The notes beneath the pieces are model-generated. The model did not search any database and was not told where the DNA came from. It saw nothing but the letters and a program-made list of their open reading frames with translations. The position numbers and the translations under genes are program-made. From the NCBI RefSeq assembly GCF_001194135.2, contig NC_068994.1:56433781-56497780 (forward strand): DNA of 64,000 bases. Reading direction: 5' to 3'. The stretch's first letter is position 1, and every line of letters begins with the position of its first letter. This DNA comes from Octopus bimaculoides (Eukaryota). Shown here one piece after another: positions 26,308 to 39,308 of this stretch.

Positions 26308-27130
26308 TGTGTGTGTGTTTGCACATATGTACTGGCGGCTGGTTTTAATGAAGTGCTCTACATTTATATGATCTAACCGGGGCAACACTATGTAACAAGC
26401 TGCTAGTATGCTCTGAGGCAAATTGAACCTGTGACGTTCCAATTCCTTTTTCACGGTTGAAGCCACGTTTTTTCACTTAGCTTTTAATGCCCTGAAGATA
26501 TCGGAGCATTTTCGCAACACAGAATCCTATTTCCCACCAGCAGCATCGGCACCAGCAGTAGTAACCGTGGTAATTGAGTAAGAAAGAAAATAATTTTATA
26601 ATTTCTTAATCTCGCTGGAAGAAAATTTCGGCGTTTCCTGCAAAACTGCAGAAAACTGGAAATAGTTTGTTATTGTCCTTGGCTCATGTGAGCTTGGACA
26701 TATTAGGGAATGAAAGGGATTTGTAGGCAGTAGTTGCACATCCTTGGCAGTAAATATGGGTATAGACAAAAATGACGGAAAATATAGGCGCATTTTGAAT
26801 GTGCAGGTACGATGCATTATCATTTTATTCCTTGAAATTTTCAGTTAACGTAAACAGTTTAAATCTTGTTCAACATCTTAACCAAAGTAAACAGACGACT
26901 CATCTACGTACTTTGATCTTAGCATGGTTCCTCTCAACCGCGGAGGCCCTCTGCGACCACAGGGGTTGCAGGAACTTAGCAAGGACCCCGCTCGGATACG
27001 TAACGTCGTAGCAAAATTAGTGCTGGTTATAACTTCTACAGAAAATCTGTAGAGATGGTCTTAACACGTGATCTAAGTGCACTACTAACACTGTAGTACA
27101 CGGTATTGACTTGTCAAAACGTTTAATATA

Positions 27131-27356
27131 CAGGGTGTTCAAAAGGTCTCTCCGCAGTGAATCTTTTTCATCCTGTGCATGCACAACTTATCACTGCGTG
27201 GGCGGCCGAGTGTCAGCTTTTGTCTCTCAGTCATTGTGTATCCTTCAGCGTGTCGGCATGCTAACCATTGAAGAACATAAGTTTTCATAGTCTTATACCA
27301 TCTTAAAAATATTTATTTTGCAATACTTACTGCGGAGAGACTTTTTGAACACGTTG
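27131..27356. mobile_element. Tc1/mariner-type MITE (226 bp)
   Basis: 28-bp TIRs: cagggtgttcaaaaggtctctccgcagt (27131-27158) vs reverse complement of actgcggagagactttttgaacacgttg (27329-27356), 25/28 identical. TA on both sides (27129-30, 27357-58); no ORF. Confidence 0.85.
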
Positions 27357-29367
27357 TACTTTGTGACATATGATGGTTGCATAACGAGACAGCATTTGCC
27401 TTTCAAATCATCAAACGATTCTGAGTGGGCACTAATTTGTACTGCGGAAAGTTTCTGTGAACTGTGTTTTCTTAATCTGAGGGTGCACCAATGAATAATG
27501 AGGGGTAAGTGCCGCCCAGTGCCCCCCAGTGCCCCCCGTTATCGACGAACATGCTTACAGGCAAACACAATGTTGCGCTAGACACACACAGGAAAACATA
27601 CATACATATACACATATTTACGCATATATTTACAAATATGTATGCATGTATGTATGTATGTATGTATGTATGTATGTATGAATGTATGTATGTATGTATG
27701 CACATACACAGGTACATTGATATATATACATAGGCACATACATACCTACACATATACGTACATACAAGCAAATATTCATATGTACATACATATATCTGCT
27801 GACATACATACATATACGTATACACATAATACGCATATATACACACACATGAAAGCATACGTTCATACAAACATAGATATACACATACATACATACATAC
27901 ATACACGCATACATATATGTATTCACACGCACATATATACNNNNNNNNNNNNNNNNNNNNNNNNNNNNNNNNNNNNNNNNNNNNNNNNNNNNNNNNNNNN
28001 NNNNNNNNNNNNNNNNNNNNNNNNNNNNNNNNNNNNNNNNNNNNNNNNNNNNNNNNNNNNNNNNNNNNNNNNNNNNNNNNNNNNNNNNNNNNNNNNNNNN
28101 NNNNNNNNNNNNNNNNNNNNNNNNNNNNNNNNNNNNNNNNNNNNNNNNNNNNNNNNNNNNNNNNNNNNNNNNNNNNNNNNNNNNNNNNNNNNNNNNNNNN
28201 NNNNNNNNNNNNNNNNNNNNNNNNNNNNNNNNNNNNNNNNNNNNNNNNNNNNNNNNNNNNNNNNNNNNNNNNNNNNNNNNNNNNNNNNNNNNNNNNNNNN
28301 NNNNNNNNNNNNNNNNNNNNNNNNNNNNNNNNNNNNNNNNNNNNNNNNNNNNNNNNNNNNNNNNNNTTGAAACTCAGAGAGGGATGAAATTGGGCGACGT
28401 TTGGAGAATCTCATTATCTAGTTGTCTGTCATCACTACGAGGGAGGGGATGGGGAGAGACGGAGGTGAAATGAGGGGGGGAGGAAAAAGGGGGAGTAGTG
28501 AAGAGGTGGAAGAGGGGCTAGATGAAGTGGGGGTAGGTGAAGTGGAGGAAAAGGTGAAGTGGAGGAAAAGGTGAAGTGGGGCGAGATGAGACTGAAGGAT
28601 TCAGAGGGTGGAGTGGAGTGGGGGGATGGTCGGCCGGGGAAACAATAAAAGGCGAAGGCGGAGGAAGCATTTGTAAATATTGTTGTTATTGTTGTTGTTG
28701 ATGTTGCTGTTGTTAATATGGCTGCCGATATTGTTTAGCACCTCCCATCCCCCATATCAGCTCTGAGTGAGTAGCTCTTTTGATCTAAGGCGTTCCAGCC
28801 GAGACAATCCCGTCTATTTTTTTTTTAACTCACTACGGCTCCTCCATCTTAATATGCCCGACATCTTTTTTTTATGAGATGTGAGGGAGATTGGCTGTTA
28901 TATCTAACAGGTCGATATTGTTGTCGTTTAAATCCAAGTCAGCCTTGAATGACCAGATTTGTGATCAAAAGCATTCCAGCTATGACCACCCTACCGTGAC
29001 CATCCAGTTTAGTTCCCCCCGTTTCCTTTTGAGAATATCTCAGACTATAATATCTAACAAAACAGTTTCAAATTCAAGGTTCACGAACCCTAGGGTTCAC
29101 AAAAGTAGTACTGAATGTCCGTGAGCTGAGACAGACCCTTCAAAAGCATAGGACCCTAGGGATAATTCGTTTTATTAAATGGAATCTTGTGTAGGGAAAA
29201 GGTTACGGGTCACTGATCCAGGTCTATTTATGTTTTTAAAGATAGAATGTCATTTGAGGGACATATTGGCTGTTACATCTACAGTGTTATAGTTGTTTAG
29301 CTCCAAATTAGTTCCAGCCGTGACCATCCCGTTTTTTTTTGTTATGTACATATAACCCAGTACACAT

Positions 29368-29560
29368 TACTCTTTTACTTGTTTCAGTCATTTGACTGTG
29401 GCCATGCTGGAGCACCGTCTTTAGTCGAGCAAATCGACCCCAGGACTTATTCTTTGGAAGCCTAGTACGTATTCTATCGGTCTCTTTTGCTGAACTGCTA
29501 AGTTATGGGGACGTAAACACACCAGCATCGGTTGTCAAGTGATGGTGGGGGCACAAACAC
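29368..29560 (-). mobile_element. SINE 3' half (family E tail module)
   Basis: tactcttttacttgtttcagtcatttgactgtggccatgctggagcaccg...gaactgctaagttatggggacgtaaacac; partial homologs at about 12160-12220 and 48803-48880. Confidence 0.7.
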
Positions 29561-29595
29561 ACACACACACACACACACATATATGTGTGGGTTTA

Positions 29596-29605
29596 ATGAC
29601 GTCAT
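29596..29605. promoter_or_regulatory. Palindromic CRE (ATGACGTCAT)
   Basis: Full TGACGTCA with matching flanks; single site only. Confidence 0.2.
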
Positions 29606-29782
29606 GTACCAATACCGAAGGAATGCTTAAGGACTACGATACCCGAGGTGTCCTTTATTTACGATGACAGGGTATGATAAATGAGATATTTGGTTGTTAC
29701 TTCTCGCAGGATCGAAAGACCTTGCAGAGGCCTCTTTAGCTGGGTTCAATCTCGTTGATGGTGATGTTATGGTCGTTGCTGT

Positions 29783-29817
<35 letters not shown>

Positions 29818-30756
29818 GTGATGATGATGGTGATGATGATGGTGGTGATGATGATGCTATTGTTGATGCTAATAATGATGATGATGATGATGTTGATGTT
29901 GTCGCTGTTAATGTTGTTGTTTGTGTTGCCCTGTCGAAAGAAATGTAATAACGCGGTTTAGCGAAGCGTGATCGCTCATCGCCGCCTCCCCCTCCTCCTC
30001 ACCTCATCCCCCCCAATCCCCCTACACCGGGTCACTTAAAGCTACGTTCGCTTTAAACCCTCCAACCAAAACACTCACTNNNNNNNNNNNNNNNNNNNNN
30101 NNNNNNNNNNNNNNNNNNNNNNNNNNNNNNNNNNNNNNNNNNNNNNNNNNNNNNNNNNNNNNNNNNNNNNNNNNNNNNNNNNNNNNNNNNNNNNNNNNNN
30201 NNNNNNNNNNNNNNNNNNNNNNNNNNNNNNNNNNNNNNNNNNNNNNNNNNNNNNNNNNNNNNNNNNNNNNNNNNNNNNNNNNNNNNNNNNNNNNNNNNNN
30301 NNNNNNNNNNNNNNNNNNNNNNNNNNNNNNNNNNNNNNNNNNNNNNNNNNNNNNNNNNNNNNNNNNNNNNNNNNNNNNNNNNNNNNNNNNNNNNNNNNNN
30401 NNNNNNNNNNNNNNNNNNNNNNNNNNNNNNNNNNNNNNNNNNNNNNNNNNNNNNNNNNNNNNNNNNNNNNNNNNNCGCCACCACAATCACTACCGCCGCC
30501 GCCACCTCCACCACCAGCATACCTTCCATTATTACTTCCATGTCCGACACCGCTCGCTACAAACATCAACTACTACCACCACTACCACTACTACTACTAC
30601 TACTACAACCACCACATTCATCATGAACACCTCCCACATCATATTCATCATCATCATCATCATCATCATTGCCATTGTCTCAATTATCCTTTTGCCTTTA
30701 ACTCCACCGCCCCGTCATTTTCATCCTTATCATCGTCATCGCCAATACCACAATCG

Positions 30757-30787
<31 letters not shown>

Positions 30788-31162
30788 CGTCGTCGCCGCC
30801 ACTGCCGTCATTGTGACCTTCTGTGCCGCCCTCGGCCCCACCACCCCACCATCATTATCTTTTCCATTCAATCATTTTATGTTGGTTTCTTTATCCGTCC
30901 AAATCATTATGTTCCCTCGTTGTCGTGCCATTTTCTGTCTCCGCCTATGGCTCTACTGTGCCACCTAAAGTCACCAACTCATTGCTGCTCGACAATCAGT
31001 GGATGGATGGATGGAGTACAAACACAGACACACGCATGTATATACAATATATCTACACGGCGAGCTTCCTCACAGTTTCCTTCTACACTTGGCAACAACT
31101 GGTGGTGCTTTGTTTCCGTCCCAATAACTAGGCAGTTCGACAAAACAGACCGATAGAATTCG

Positions 31163-31538
31163 TGGCACTCCGTCGGTTACGACGATGAGGGTTCCAGTTG
31201 ATCCGATCAATGGAACAGCTTGCTCGTGAAATTAACGCGCAAGTGGTTGAGCACTCCACAGACACGTATACCTTTAACGTAGTTCTCAAGGGAGATTCAG
31301 CGTGACACAGAGTGTGACAAGGCTGGCTCTTTGAAATACAGGCACAACAGAAACGGGAAGAAAGAGTTAGGGAAAGTAGTGGTGAAAAAACGCAGCAGGG
31401 TTCTCCCCCCCCCCTGCCGGATCATCGAGGAACTTTGGGTGTTTTTCGCTCAATAAACACTCACACCGCCCGTTTGTGAACCGAAACCGCGATCCTACGA
31501 CCGCGAATCCGCTGCCCTACACACTGGGCAATTGCGCA
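31163..31538 (-). mobile_element. Full-length family B SINE (B head + shared 3' module)
   Basis: Head at 31440-31538 homologous to 13617-13730; 31163-31345 homologous to the 3' module at 47627-47810 and 59040-59195. Confidence 0.85.
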
Positions 31539-32610
31539 TCCACACTAAAACAATATTTCTGATCTGAAAGAAGAAAATGACGGAATTTCAAATCAGAATT
31601 TAGCAAGATGGACTCTTAAATACCGCAAAGCTTCTAACTCGGCGTCAATTAGTATTAAGTGATAATTAAGAGTAACCGGATCTTTAGTAAAACTAGGATT
31701 TATACGAGCAATTGACTTGTTCGCCAATCAAGCAAACTAGCTAAACTAATCAACCAAATAGGTCGTTACTGAAATAACTAATTAAGTAATTATCAGATTA
31801 ATTACTAGATTAGGTGGAAGCGTCTTGCCTCTATGCAGTTGGTTGACGTGTTGGAAGTCGTAGCCAAATCATAACAAAGCACTGAGTAAGTTGTAAAAAA
31901 TAGAAGGATTTTGTTAGGTTAGATATCGAAAGGAAAAACAATAAAACAGGGTGGTCACAACTGGATCAACTTTGATCGGGCGATTTGATCGTTGAAAGCT
32001 GATTGTGAGCCTTGACAACAACAGCAAAAACAACAACAGCAGCAGCAGCAGCAACAACAACAAACAGCATTATGGTCTAGCAAGAGAGTATTCACGCAGT
32101 AGCTCGATTTGCTAGAGATAGTAGCCAAGTCTTGTTCTGATACCATAAAAAGAAAAAAACGAAGGGTACCTATTTTAAATACAAATCCATAAAAAAAGAA
32201 AAGAAAAAGATGATGATGATGATGTTGATGATGATGATGAATGTGACGACGATGACAAACGACATCGACGAAAACGGTGAGGAAATCGACAACGACGACG
32301 ATGATGATGATGATGATGGTAACGAAGTCGATAAACGATTCTGATGACGGCGTTGATGATGATGATTGGGCACAGGTGAACCGCGACTGAGTAGAACAGT
32401 GCCAAAAAGCATGTCAAGCGTGACCAACCCACTGGTTTTATGAGAATCTATCTCTATGCATGACTTCATTATCTAACGTTTCCTTACCGCAGTTTTTTTT
32501 TTCGAAAGACGCGAGGCGAGTGACAGGAAGGCGATTTAGCTACTATTTCTAGCAAATGGAGTGGTGTCGGGCAGGTTTCTTCATTGGCTTCAAAGAAACG
32601 AAGGGACCAC

Positions 32611-32833
32611 AAGGCGGCGGAGCTGGGCAGAAACGTTAGCACGCCGGACGAAATGCTTAGCGGTATTTCGTCCGTCTTTACGTTCTGAGTTCAAATTCCG
32701 CCGAGGTCGACTTTGCCTTTCATCCTTTCGATATCGATAAGCTAAATACCAGTTGCGTACTTGATTCGATTTAATCAACTGCCCCCCCCCCCATCTCCCC
32801 AAAAATTTTGGGCCTTGTGCCTAGAGTAGAAAA
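32611..32833 (+). mobile_element. Full-length tRNA-derived SINE, family A
   Basis: aaggcggcggagctgg (A-box region) ... gagttcaaattcc (B-box) ... gaggtcgactttgcctttcatcc ... gggccttgtgcctagagtagaaaag. Confidence 0.9.
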
Positions 32834-33785
32834 GGGACGGGGAGGTCATAGGCATTCTTGACAAGATCTGATACGCAACAACAACCGTATGAACAGCAAC
32901 CGCTACTAAGTCCACCACCACCACCACCATTACTACTACTACTACTACTACTACTAACCTTCGCGACTACCACTGCTATTCCTTCTCCCCCACACCTCGT
33001 GCTAGATTTAATAACCAGCAAATCTTTGATCAAGAACCGCAATTAATACTTTGAAGACAAAAAGATGGTATATAAATTTCCACGCACTAATAAGTACCAG
33101 AAGACATCTCTACCTATCCGCGTGTGTGTGTGTCTACCTGTAGTCAGTATCAAACATTTTTCATACCAAAGTTTAATAACAAGGTATTCAGGAATTTTTC
33201 GGTTGAATGTTAAANNNNNNNNNNNNNNNNNNNNNNNNNNNNNNNNNNNNNNNNNNNNNNNNNNNNNNNNNNNNNNNNNNNNNNNNNNNNNNNNNNNNNN
33301 NNNNNNNNNNNNNNNNNNNNNNNNNNNNNNNNNNNNNNNNNNNNNNNNNNNNNNNNNNNNNNNNNNNNNNNNNNNNNNNNNNNNNNNNNNNNNNNNNNNN
33401 NNNNNNNNNNNNNNNNNNNNNNNNNNNNNNNNNNNNNNNNNNNNNNNNNNNNNNNNNNNNNNNNNNNNNNNNNNNNNNNNNNNNNNNNNNNNNNNNNNNN
33501 NNNNNNNNNNNNNNNNNNNNNNNNNNNNNNNNNNNNNNNNNNNNNNNNNNNNNNNNNNNNNNNNNNNNNNNNNNNNNNNNNNNNNNNNNNNNNNNNNNNN
33601 NNNNNNNNNNNNNNNNNNNNNNNNNNNNNNNNNNNNNNNNNNNNNNNNNNNNNNNNNNNNNNNNNNNNNNNNNNNNNNNNNNNNNNNNNNNNNNNNNNNN
33701 NNNNNNNNNNNNNNNNNNNNNNNNNNNNNNNNNNNNNNNNNNNNNNNNNNNNNNNNNNNNNNNNNNNNNNNNNNNNNNNNNNNNN

Positions 33786-33838
<53 letters not shown>

Positions 33839-34026
33839 ATATATATATATGTATATATATATGTGTGTGTGTATATAATGATTATGTATTGGAATTGGGA
33901 TATTAATAACCAGTTGTTAGATCTCGGTGTATTAAAGCTTTCGATTAAAAGGGCAGGAGAATACAGAGTATGAGAATAACATCAATTGAGAAATGACAAT
34001 GGAATAGAAGTGATGTGAACACTTTC

Positions 34027-34113
34027 ATTGGCTTACAGCTGTTTCGGCAGTAGGGAATATTGCATTCACAGGTGAATGCTCGTTCGACATTATATTGCTT
34101 CCTCGGAGCTATT
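34027..34113 (-). ncRNA. Degenerate hammerhead ribozyme (core CCGAGGA)
   Basis: Minus strand: agct-CCGAGGA-agcaatat...gcattcac-ct-gtgaatgc...cc-GAAACAGCTGTA-agc. Perfect palindromic stem III ACAGCTGT, GUA triplet, 3-bp stem I (gct/agc); the U4 position is mutated. Confidence 0.5.
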
Positions 34114-34839
34114 ACAATGCTTCTTATGGTAAATACACCTTTAAGCTAATGAAACTGATTTTGTAACCTCTTGTCTTCTGTCATTCATAAATTCCCGCAC
34201 AAACGCACGCACACGCATGTACATGTAATATATATACATGTTTATTCTACTAAATATCAATCTATTTATCTATGTATCTATCTGTCTGTCTGTATATCTG
34301 TCTGTCTCTATACCTGGCTACAAATATATACACAAAGTATGTCTCTGTGTATACACGCACGAATGTACATACTTTACACACAGACATACACACACACACA
34401 CACACACACACCGCATATACACAGGCACACACATACACACCACATATATACACAGACACTCAGGCACACACACATACACACAGAGGCATGTTCATTAAAA
34501 TATTTGCATAATTTACCATGCCGTTAGCACACCGCTGAAGACTCTGTCTTCGTATAATATTTCAGAGTGAAACCAATCTCTCAGTGTCTCATGCTTTAAA
34601 ATGTCATTGAGAACACGGATTCATAGATATTCAATTCCACTAGATAATTAATTAATTAAGTAAGTAAGTAATTAGCCGGAGAATTCTTCGGCACGTACTT
34701 CATTATCTATTAGTATAGTTGACACGATACCGAATATTTCCATCTTTAGATTCTCTGGTGTGAAATGCGTTTATCAGAAGAGGGATCTCAACAAATATGA
34801 TGAGAATGAAAATGTGGGAAAGTTCCATATGATACTTAC

Positions 34840-34936
34840 CATTCCTCTAGATATTTCCAAAGAATTTAACTTTCGAGAATTGCGGAAAGACTTACGGTTA
34901 AATACAAGTCCTGATCAAAAATTATCTGGACTGGTG
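34840..34936 (-). other. Candidate exon ending in ATG
   Basis: Acceptor gtccttttttttatag and donor ATG|GTAAGT; 97 nt; stops in all frames. Confidence 0.3.
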
Positions 34937-35557
34937 CTATAAAAAAAAGGACCACAACACATATCAGCTTGGCATTCAATCACGTTCGATGATGACCCCT
35001 TCTGAAGCCATGTTTATCCCCTTGTGGGCAATAAAGAAATAGTTATTGTTGTCGTATTTTAGCTTCTAGTCATCTCTAATTGAATACATTTGAGTAAATG
35101 TATTCCGGGTGTGACCATCCTGTCCTTTTACTGAATACACACAACCAATGACCACATCATCCAACGTACCCCTTTCTAAGACATTTGGATGGCATCTAAG
35201 GAAGACTCGGCTGCTGTCTTTAACAGATAAAGAACCACGTAGAAACCTCCGACATTGAATCGGGTTGTGGATATGAAATATAATGATTCGAACGAAAAGC
35301 GAAAACGGATCTCCGGTTCGGTTCAGATTGTTGTAACATACACTCATAAAACATGGTGTTGCCAGTTGAACAAGAAAGTGTCAGCTAATTAAGAAATGTA
35401 ATCAAGCGAGGAAAAAACGTGATAGGTATTTAATTTCATACACAACACCTGTGGTTAAAGAATTTTCTTTACAATTATTAATTGGTCTTTCAAGTGTAAC
35501 GATGACACATCACACCACAATTCCTCTTTTTGACTCTTGTTCTTGCAGCTGGCAGTT

Positions 35558-35600
<43 letters not shown>

Positions 35601-36737
35601 ACACACACAAGTTTTATACATATACATGCACACAAGCATGTTATATATATATATATATATATATATANNNNNNNNNNNNNNNNNNNNNNNNNNNNNNNNN
35701 NNNNNNNNNNNNNNNNNNNNNNNNNNNNNNNNNNNNNNNNNNNNNNNNNNNNNNNNNNNNNNNNNNNNNNNNNNNNNNNNNNNNNNNNNNNNNNNNNNNN
35801 NNNNNNNNNNNNNNNNNNNNNNNNNNNNNNNNNNNNNNNNNNNNNNNNNNNNNNNNNNNNNNNNNNNNNNNNNNNNNNNNNNNNNNNNNNNNNNNNNNNN
35901 NNNNNNNNNNNNNNNNNNNNNNNNNNNNNNNNNNNNNNNNNNNNNNNNNNNNNNNNNNNNNNNNNNNNNNNNNNNNNNNNNNNNNNNNNNNNNNNNNNNN
36001 NNNNNNNNNNNNNNNNNNNNNNNNNNNNNNNNNNNNNNNNNNNNNNNNNNNNNNNNNNNNNNNNNNNNNNNNNNNNNNNNNNNNNNNNNNNNNNNNNNNN
36101 NNNNNNNNNNNNNNNNNNNNNNNNNNNNNNNNNNNNNNNNNNNNNNNNNNNNNNNNNNNNNNNNNNNNNNNNNNNNNNNNNNNNNNNNNNNNNNNNNNNN
36201 NNNNNNNNNNNNNNNNNNNNNNNNNNNNNNNNNNNNNNNNNNNNNNNNNNNNNNNNNNNNNNNNNNNNNNNNNNNNNNNNNNNNNNNNNNNNNNNNNNNN
36301 NNNNNNNNNNNNNNNNNNNNNNNNNNNNNNNNNNNNNNNNNNNNNNNNNNNNNNNNNNNNNNNNNNNNNNNNNNNNNNNNNNNNATATATAGACACGTTT
36401 GTGCGTATATATGTATATATATGGGTATATAACATGAATATATGATGTGTATATATACGTATATATATATGTATATATATATATACATATATATGTATGT
36501 GTGTGTGTATATATATTATATATATATCTATGTATGTATGTATATAAGTATGAGTATATATGTTAATGGAGAAAAATGATTAGTGCGTAAAAGAAACGGA
36601 GAGAAAACAGTGTATGTGTGTGTGTGTGTTTACTGACCTTGTTCCTGTGAATCCGTGTATGTGTGTGTATTTGTGAAATAGAGCGAAAGATGGATAAGGA
36701 GCTATAAACACCCACCTTCGCACATACGTGTATATAT

Positions 36738-36776
<39 letters not shown>

Positions 36777-36894
36777 NNNNNNNNNNCTTCAGCCATTGGA
36801 ATGCGACCATGCTGGGTCAGTCACAGTATTGAAGTGCTTTTTTTCAGCTGGATTTTTCATCATCATCTTCATCATTATCATTATTATTATTTCA

Positions 36895-37245
36895 CCCGTC
36901 GCTACGTTCTGAGTTCAAATTCCGCCGAGGTCAACTTTGTCTTTCATCCTTCTGTGGTCAATAAAACAAGTACCAGTTGAATACTAGAGTCGATGTAATC
37001 GACATATCCCCACCTCCCCTAAGCTGCCCTTGTCGCAAAAAATTGAAATAATAATAATAACTATTATTATTATTAAGCCAGTAGCGAAATGGCAGAATCG
37101 TTAGATCTTCGGAGGAAAATACCTTTTGGTATTTCTTCTGGCTCTTTAATTTCTGAGTTCAAAATCCGCCGAGGTCGATTTTGCCTTGCACCTCTCGGGG
37201 CCCAAGAAATAAGTGCCAGTTGTGTACTGGGGTCGATCTAAGATT
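36895..37245 (+). mobile_element. Two tandem family A SINE copies separated by (AAT)n/(ATT)n
   Basis: ctgagttcaaattccgccgaggtc at about 36910 and ctgagttcaaaatccgccgaggtcg at about 37153. Confidence 0.8.
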
Positions 37246-37587
37246 ATTATTATTCGCACAGTAAAGCGTGTCCCTATCTTGAACAGGAGGAGATTGACCG
37301 ACGATTTGCAAAGAAACTTTTAAGCCCTTAAATCCAAGGGCTCTCTCATTGTTTCAGTGTCCTTCGTTTTTTAGGAAGACAGTGTGTGATTTGCGGGAAA
37401 TTTGGCTGCTATTAATATCGGTGTCGAAATCGAGCGACCAACCGCGTAGATTCTTTCATGTTGCTGTCTATTAAAATAACTTAAACGGCAGATGTGTTTT
37501 ATTTGTTGTCTATAAGGACTATTTAACATGTTTAGAGCACCTACTGTTGTTGTCAGTGAACTAAATGCGTTCTCCTCACGATACCCA

Positions 37588-37601
37588 GCGCCCTCTGCTG
37601 C
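37588..37601 (-). promoter_or_regulatory. CTCF-like core motif
   Basis: Minus strand gcagcagagggcgc matches 13/14 of CCASYAGRKGGCRS. Confidence 0.3.
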
Positions 37602-37881
37602 GTATGAAACTGTTAGATTTTACCCACACAACCACAAACACAAACACAAAAGACGTCATCGTCGTTTTCGTTATCGATAAAAACAAAAGACACTGTTTAT
37701 TTATTAATTTGTATATATATATTTTTTGAAAGAAACCAAGAAATAAAGAAGAAAAGGAAAAGGATAAAAGAAAGAAGAACCAAAGAAACATTGGTGAAGA
37801 AGAGAACAAAAAAAGGCGGGTGAAGGGCGTCGTTTTATTTTTCTTTCTCATCCTGCAACTCCACTACAACCACCCCTTACC

Positions 37882-37931
<50 letters not shown>

Positions 37932-38392
37932 ATCGTCTCCACACCCACCCATTCTCGTTACATTTTCTCACCATTCCTGAAGGAATGTTTTAACCATCGA
38001 CATTTTAATCTTAACAGCAAACATTAACTCCAAAGATAACACGAAACCAACGTTCAGCTGCACAACAAAATGGCGTCCGTTTCAAATGTTGACTCATTGC
38101 GACCGATTATTATTATTATTATTAATATTATTATTACTATTATTATTATTATGTATTTTTGTAAATTTCTCTCTGAAAATTTGTTATTGTTGTTGTTGTT
38201 GTTGCTATGTTGATTCTTTTTTTATATATTGTATTATTGTTTGCTTGTTTGTTTTTTTTATATCTGTGTTTCTTTACGAAATTATATTCATCAAAGTTGT
38301 TTATTTTTGTGATTTACATCAAGAATCTGAGAATCTTACTTCTTTTTCTTCTTCTTCTTCTTCTTGGTCTACAGATAGAGAAGAAGAAAGAG

Positions 38393-38451
<59 letters not shown>

Positions 38452-38643
38452 GAGACAGAGAAGAAGAGTTTGGAACGTTTGCTGTGTTTCTGTTGGTTTG
38501 TAATGCATTTTGTTTTATTGTTTTTGTTTTCTTTATTTTGTCATTTATTTGTTTGATTTACTCGCCCCGCCCCTTCCCCCTTTTTATATCTGTCTTCTTC
38601 CTGTCTTGTTAAACAGTAATCAACTGAACTGAACGTTTTGCCC

Positions 38644-38705
<62 letters not shown>

Positions 38706-38823
38706 TATATTATATATATATACATACATACAATNNNNNNNNNNNNNNNNNNNNNNNNNNNNNNNNNNNNNNNNNNNNNNNNNNNNNNNNNNNNNNNNNN
38801 NNNNNNNNNNNNNNNNNNNNNNN

Positions 38824-38876
<53 letters not shown>

Positions 38877-39271
38877 TATATACTTGTGCGTGCGGTTGCG
38901 TGTTTGTGTATATCACAAATTTGTAGACAGAAATATTAAATTTTAAGCTTACACTTCTTTACTCTTTCTTACACACACACATACATTTATATATATATGA
39001 ATGTATAGACATATGTAAAATGTAAATAAACATATATAGATTTATTCAAATATACAAATATATATACATCACTATACATATATACACAATCACATATATA
39101 AGCAGCTATATATACACCTGTATACATATATACATATGCGTATGTGTATATTAGTAAATATATATATATGTATATATATATATACATATATTTAATAATA
39201 AAGAAAAGTGTTTATAATTTAATACTCTGGTTGCAAATTTAATTTTACTTCAGTATGTGTACATAAAAGTG

Positions 39272-39308
<37 letters not shown>

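Noticed and set aside
26203-26466. Protein-like minus-strand stretch VASTVKKELERHRFNLPQ...
   Set aside because: A stop lies immediately upstream, the nearby acceptor leads to stops in all frames, and the frame runs into a microsatellite.
28530-28582. 18-bp tandem repeat (gtggaggaaaaggtgaa)
   Set aside because: Only about 2.5 copies with no spacers; an ordinary minisatellite, not CRISPR-like.
34535-34590. CTGAAGA-CTCTG...CAGAG-T-GAAAC...GTC hammerhead-like pattern
   Set aside because: Stem I cannot form, stem III is only 2 bp and there is an extra base before GAAA; likely chance.
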